Source: an uncultured Thermoprotei archaeon (lineage in GTDB: Archaea > Thermoproteota > Thermoprotei > Thermofilales > B15-G2). Taken from it: a DNA stretch of 10,806 nucleotides. The notes under the pieces are model-generated. The model ran no database searches and was not told where the DNA came from. It saw only the letters and a list, made by a program, of their open reading frames with translations. Both the position numbers and the translations under genes were made by a program. Positions within the stretch are counted from its first letter, which is position 1, and each line of letters starts with the position of its first letter. This document shows, in pieces, positions 7,810-10,806 of this stretch. The stretch covers positions 1 to 10,806 of the forward strand of contig CBDUKN010000033.1 in NCBI GenBank assembly GCA_965367815.1, read 5' to 3'.

Positions 7810-8770
7810 AGCACTCGCCCTCTACCAGAAACTTAAAAACATCTTCTAAACTAATTCTCTCAGAAGACAGACTAACTATTTTTAAGTCTTCTTTCTTAAT
7901 TAATTCAATTAAATTAGGTGTAATATATTCTAATTCTCTAGTATATATTTCTATTAATTCATCATTTAAGTTAAGTTTTTCTATATCAAGCTTCTTTATT
8001 TTACTAATGAGTTTTTCTGAAGGAACTCTATTTAATTTTATAGATATCTTTTCTAGTTTTCTGATTTTCTTTTTCAAGTTACTCGGAGTATCGCATGCAA
8101 TTATTTTACCTTTGTTCAGAAATGCTACTCTATCAGCAAGTGTTTCTACTTCGACTGCCTGGTGACTCGTCATCAGGATTGTTATCTTGTATTCTTTCGA
8201 AATGATATTAGTTAAAATAGCTCTAACTTTATTGGCTAAAACAGGATCGAGGCTTCGTGTAGGTTCATCGAGCAAGAGTACGGGGGTTTTGATTAAAAGC
8301 ATTTTCGCTAAAATTGCTTTATGCATTTCTCCAGTAGAAAGAAAAATGGCTTCTTTATTGAGTATATTTTTTAAATCTAAAAGCTCGGTAGCAAACTCTA
8401 TTCTTTTTAGAAGAACTTCTTTAGGAATTCCGTAAAGTCTGCCGAAAAACATGAGGTTTTCTTTTACTGTATAGGCGTAATGTAAGCCGAGCCATGAGCC
8501 ACCTATAATTAAGTTACATGAAGCTTTAGCTTTACTTCTTTCCTTAATTATATGGTAACCATTAATCCAGGCTTCACCTTCGTCAGGTCTAATGACACAT
8601 GATAAGATTTTAAGTAAAGTGGTTTTTCCCGCACCATTAGGTCCCATAATTGCGAAGATTTCTCCTTTTCTTACTTTAAATGAAATTCCCTTTAATGCCT
8701 CTATGATTCCCTTACCTTTTTCTTTCTTAAATCTCTTCGTTAAGTTATCAGCGATAATCATATATTTCAT
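7796..8770 (-). CDS. ABC exporter ATP-binding protein (copy 1) with C-terminal accessory domain
   Basis: Walker A GPNGAGKTT, signature LSTGEMHK, Walker B/D-loop LLLDEPTRSLDP, H-loop TSH and C-terminal 'SLEDVF'. An AGGAG RBS overlaps the regulator stop. Confidence 0.93.
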   Translation of the reverse strand: MKYMIIADNLTKRFKKEKGKGIIEALKGISFKVRKGEIFAIMGPNGAGKTTLLKILSCVIRPDEGEAWINGYHIIKERSKAKASCNLIIGGSWLGLHYAYTVKENLMFFGRLYGIPKEVLLKRIEFATELLDLKNILNKEAIFLSTGEMHKAILAKMLLIKTPVLLLDEPTRSLDPVLANKVRAILTNIISKEYKITILMTSHQAVEVETLADRVAFLNKGKIIACDTPSNLKKKIRKLEKISIKLNRVPSEKLISKIKKLDIEKLNLNDELIEIYTRELEYITPNLIELIKKEDLKIVSLSSERISLEDVFKFLVEGECYESI

Positions 8771-8778
8771 AGCTGCTC

Positions 8779-9363
8779 CTAACGATCTTCATCTATTACT
8801 ATGTATATGAAATGTCCTTTTTCGGTTTCAAAAGGAGATTTTATTAATCCATATTCTTTTAGTTTTTCTTCAATAATATTTAGTACTATAAACTTCCATA
8901 GGAACCATCTTGCTTCATCGTCTGTTAGCTTGTAGCCCTGTTTAGCCATTAATGTGTTCTTAAACCATTCTTCAGCTTTCATTAGTGATTTCTCGTAAAC
9001 TTTTTTAACTGCTTCAGCCGCGATATCACTAAAATCTTTTAATAATTTTTTCAGTGATTCTAACTCTTTAACAGTGTATACGGGAATCGCCAAGGCATAG
9101 TAACGTTCCTGCTTATACTTTTTATGAGGATACTCTACTTCCTTAACTATATTGTATTCAATTAGCTTCTTTATGTGATCGAGTACTGTTGTCGCTGAGA
9201 GACCTAGTTTCTCAGAAATTTGTTTAGCTGTAAGAGGTCCTTCTAGTGCTAATAAAGCGGCTATCGCTTTTCTACTGTCTGCTGTAAAGACCGCAAAAGG
9301 TATATCGCGTCCGCTACCCCAGACCTCTATGAACTTTTTAGCGTACTTCTCCACATTATTCAT
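8779..9363 (-). CDS. Winged-helix (ArsR/TrmB-like) transcriptional regulator with uncharacterised C-terminal domain
   Basis: 'SRKAIAALLALEGPLTAKQISEKLGLSATTVLDHIKKLIEYNIVKEV...RYYAL' is an HTH plus wing, followed by a ~100-aa mostly helical extension. It is the first gene of the ABC operon, with an 8-nt gap to the ATPase. Confidence 0.85.
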   Translation of the reverse strand: MNNVEKYAKKFIEVWGSGRDIPFAVFTADSRKAIAALLALEGPLTAKQISEKLGLSATTVLDHIKKLIEYNIVKEVEYPHKKYKQERYYALAIPVYTVKELESLKKLLKDFSDIAAEAVKKVYEKSLMKAEEWFKNTLMAKQGYKLTDDEARWFLWKFIVLNIIEEKLKEYGLIKSPFETEKGHFIYIVIDEDR

Positions 9364-9416
9364 AGCCTATTAGCTATTCAGCTTATCAGCTTATAAGCTT
9401 TTCTGCTTATAGCCTA
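9362..9416. repeat. Degenerate 8-bp tandem array (consensus about TCAGCTTA) in the divergent promoter
   Basis: Units: 9362 ATAGCCTA, 9370 TTAGCTAT, 9378 TCAGCTTA, 9386 TCAGCTTA, 9394 TAAGCTTT, 9402 TCTGCTTA, then ATAGCCTA again at 9409. Confidence 0.7.
9389..9404 (-). promoter_or_regulatory. BRE-TATA promoter of the regulator/ABC operon (likely leaderless mRNA)
   Basis: The minus strand reads AGAAAAGCTTATAAGC: a purine-rich BRE followed by TTATAA (9396-9391), ending 28 nt before ATG 9363. No RBS is visible. Confidence 0.65.
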
Positions 9417-9443
9417 CTTTAATTCAGCGAGTTTTATGACTGC

Positions 9444-9450
9444 TTAAATA
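9444..9450 (+). promoter_or_regulatory. Putative TATA box of the CPBP protease gene
   Basis: TTAAATA at 9444-9450 lies about 23 nt before a GGTGA RBS (9473-9477) and ATG 9483. Confidence 0.45.
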
Positions 9451-9482
9451 GAGCCACAGTAAGTATAGTCTCGGTGATCAAC

Positions 9483-10208
9483 ATGACTATAGGGAGAGGC
9501 AGAGCCCTCTTAGTTATTTTTTCACCATTTATACTTAATATGGCATGTTCTACTGCGATTGCCATGGGCTATATAGCAGGAGCCATGGCTAGAGGAGTGC
9601 CTCCAGAGAAAATAGGAATTCTCATAGCGAAAGCGCTTCTCACATACAATTTCTACTGGTCGGTCATACAGGTATGCTGGGGACTTTATGTCATTAAGCT
9701 TCTTGGAGGCTGGAGCATCGTTAAGGAAAAGTACTCTACTAGCGATATTTCGGAAAAACCTGTCACAAGTATTGCTCTAATCATTGCATTAATTCTGCTA
9801 TCTCAGGGAGTAATTATGTTCATGCAGTATCTCAACTGTCTTCTCTACTACCAAGGCTCCTGGGAAAAGTATCTTGAATACTGGCGCGAAATCACCGCAG
9901 ACTTACCGCTATTCTCTAAAATATACTTCGTTGCAATAGCTCCATTCACGGCAGGAATCTTCGAGGAGATTATATGGAGGCTCTTCGGAATAAAGGTACT
10001 TGAAAAATACTTCGGCTCAAAGAATGCTCTAGTAATACAGGCACTAGCTTTCGCTATATGGCACGGCTTCTCACTGCACACAGTAGCGACTTTTATAATA
10101 GGCTTAGTCTATGGCTACATCTACCTCAAGAGGAGAAAACTCTTAGTACTATCAACAGCTCACGTAATTACAGACATTATAGGGTTCTCTCTAGCATTCC
10201 TTCGATAA
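9483..10208 (+). CDS. CPBP-family (CAAX protease / Abi, Rce1-like) intramembrane glutamic endopeptidase
   Basis: Multi-TM protein with motif 1 'GIFEEIIWR' (EExxxR), motif 2 'FAIWH' (FxxxH) and motif 3 'AHVITD' (HxxxN/D). The GGTGA RBS favours ATG 9483 over GTG 9474. Confidence 0.92.
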   Translation: MTIGRGRALLVIFSPFILNMACSTAIAMGYIAGAMARGVPPEKIGILIAKALLTYNFYWSVIQVCWGLYVIKLLGGWSIVKEKYSTSDISEKPVTSIALIIALILLSQGVIMFMQYLNCLLYYQGSWEKYLEYWREITADLPLFSKIYFVAIAPFTAGIFEEIIWRLFGIKVLEKYFGSKNALVIQALAFAIWHGFSLHTVATFIIGLVYGYIYLKRRKLLVLSTAHVITDIIGFSLAFLR

Positions 10209-10289
10209 GGTTCATTTAGAAATGCTATTTTCAGAAATTATTTACATATACTTCACTTTAATACTATGAGCAATATACCTTAATATATG

Positions 10290-10805
10290 CTATTCTGGTA
10301 TAATAATATTTACTTTAGGGTATTTCTGCGCGAACCTGTTTTTGAATTCCTTTGGGTTTATATTACAGATAAAGTCTCCTGGTTTGAATTTATCGTAGTG
10401 CATTAACACAATATTGTTTATAGTGAATGTTTTTAGAAAATCTTCTAGCACTTTCTCTACAGGCCATATGATGAGCACATCTATTGTGTCTGTAGCTTTA
10501 GGTAAGTCTGGCGGTACTTTGTGGCAGTCCCCTGAATAGAATAGTTTTCTGTTATTGCTCTCGATAAGGAAGCTGTACTTATCTGGCGACTCTTCTTCAT
10601 TTTGAATGGGAACTATTTTTACTCGATTTAATCTTATTGGATGATTTCTCTCTACAGTGAAGCAGTTTTCTACTCCTTTTCTAGTGAGCTGATCTACTAC
10701 TGATTTAGTAGAGTATACTAAGACTCCGTTACATCTGCTAGATATTTTTAGTACTGCTTCTATATCGAAGTGGTCTCCGTGGTCATGTGTAATTAGAATT
10801 ATTTT
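10290..10805 (-). CDS. Metallo-beta-lactamase-fold metallohydrolase, 5'-truncated by the window edge
   Basis: Manual translation is open from 10805: 'KIILITHDHGDHFDIEAV' (HxHxDH), 'KLFYSGDCH', 'IDVLIIWP' and 'IVLMHY'. The ORF track shows only the last 62 aa. Confidence 0.9.
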   Translation of the reverse strand, partial: KIILITHDHGDHFDIEAVLKISSRCNGVLVYSTKSVVDQLTRKGVENCFTVERNHPIRLNRVKIVPIQNEEESPDKYSFLIESNNRKLFYSGDCHKVPPDLPKATDTIDVLIIWPVEKVLEDFLKTFTINNIVLMHYDKFKPGDFICNINPKEFKNRFAQKYPKVNIIIPE

Positions 10806-10806
10806 A

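Noticed and set aside
7860-8075. Very AT-rich stretch suggesting foreign DNA
   Set aside because: Explained by the Lys/Ile/Leu/Glu-rich C-terminal domain of ATPase copy 1; the frame is intact.
7325-8810. Plus-strand ORFs 7325-7585, 8187-8435 and 8592-8810
   Set aside because: All are antisense to well-supported ABC genes; 'VVFPAPLGP' is the familiar reverse-strand reading of Walker A.
9362-9416. CRISPR-like interpretation of the repeats
   Set aside because: Units are 8 bp, degenerate and lack spacers; no cas genes are present.
9848-10081. 77-aa minus-strand ORF
   Set aside because: Antisense to the CPBP catalytic region.

Overview
AT-rich window that looks archaeal: GGTGA/GGTGG/AGGAG ribosome-binding sites, TATA-type promoters, frequent AGA/AGG and ATA codons, and K/E/I-rich proteins. 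A thermophilic Thermoproteota-like host is inferred, not shown. From left to right it contains: (1) a 5'-truncated, C-terminally membrane-anchored protein fusing a TIM-barrel glycoside-hydrolase-like domain to a GxGYxYP-like region with altered signature motifs; (2) a coiled-coil ArsR-type regulator coupled to a beta-rich hypothetical protein; (3) a HEPN-MNT pair whose HEPN gene is frameshifted, with the C-terminal half missed by the ORF track, while MNT looks intact; (4) a minus-strand operon of a wHTH regulator and two paralogous ABC-2 ATPase/permease pairs, transcribed divergently from a CPBP (CAAX/Abi) intramembrane protease, with an 8-bp-periodic array over the regulator's TATA box; (5) the 3' part of a metallo-beta-lactamase-fold gene. 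The best candidate for an undescribed system is module (4), a possible archaeal peptide export, immunity or envelope-stress unit. No RNA genes, CRISPR arrays or transposases were seen.
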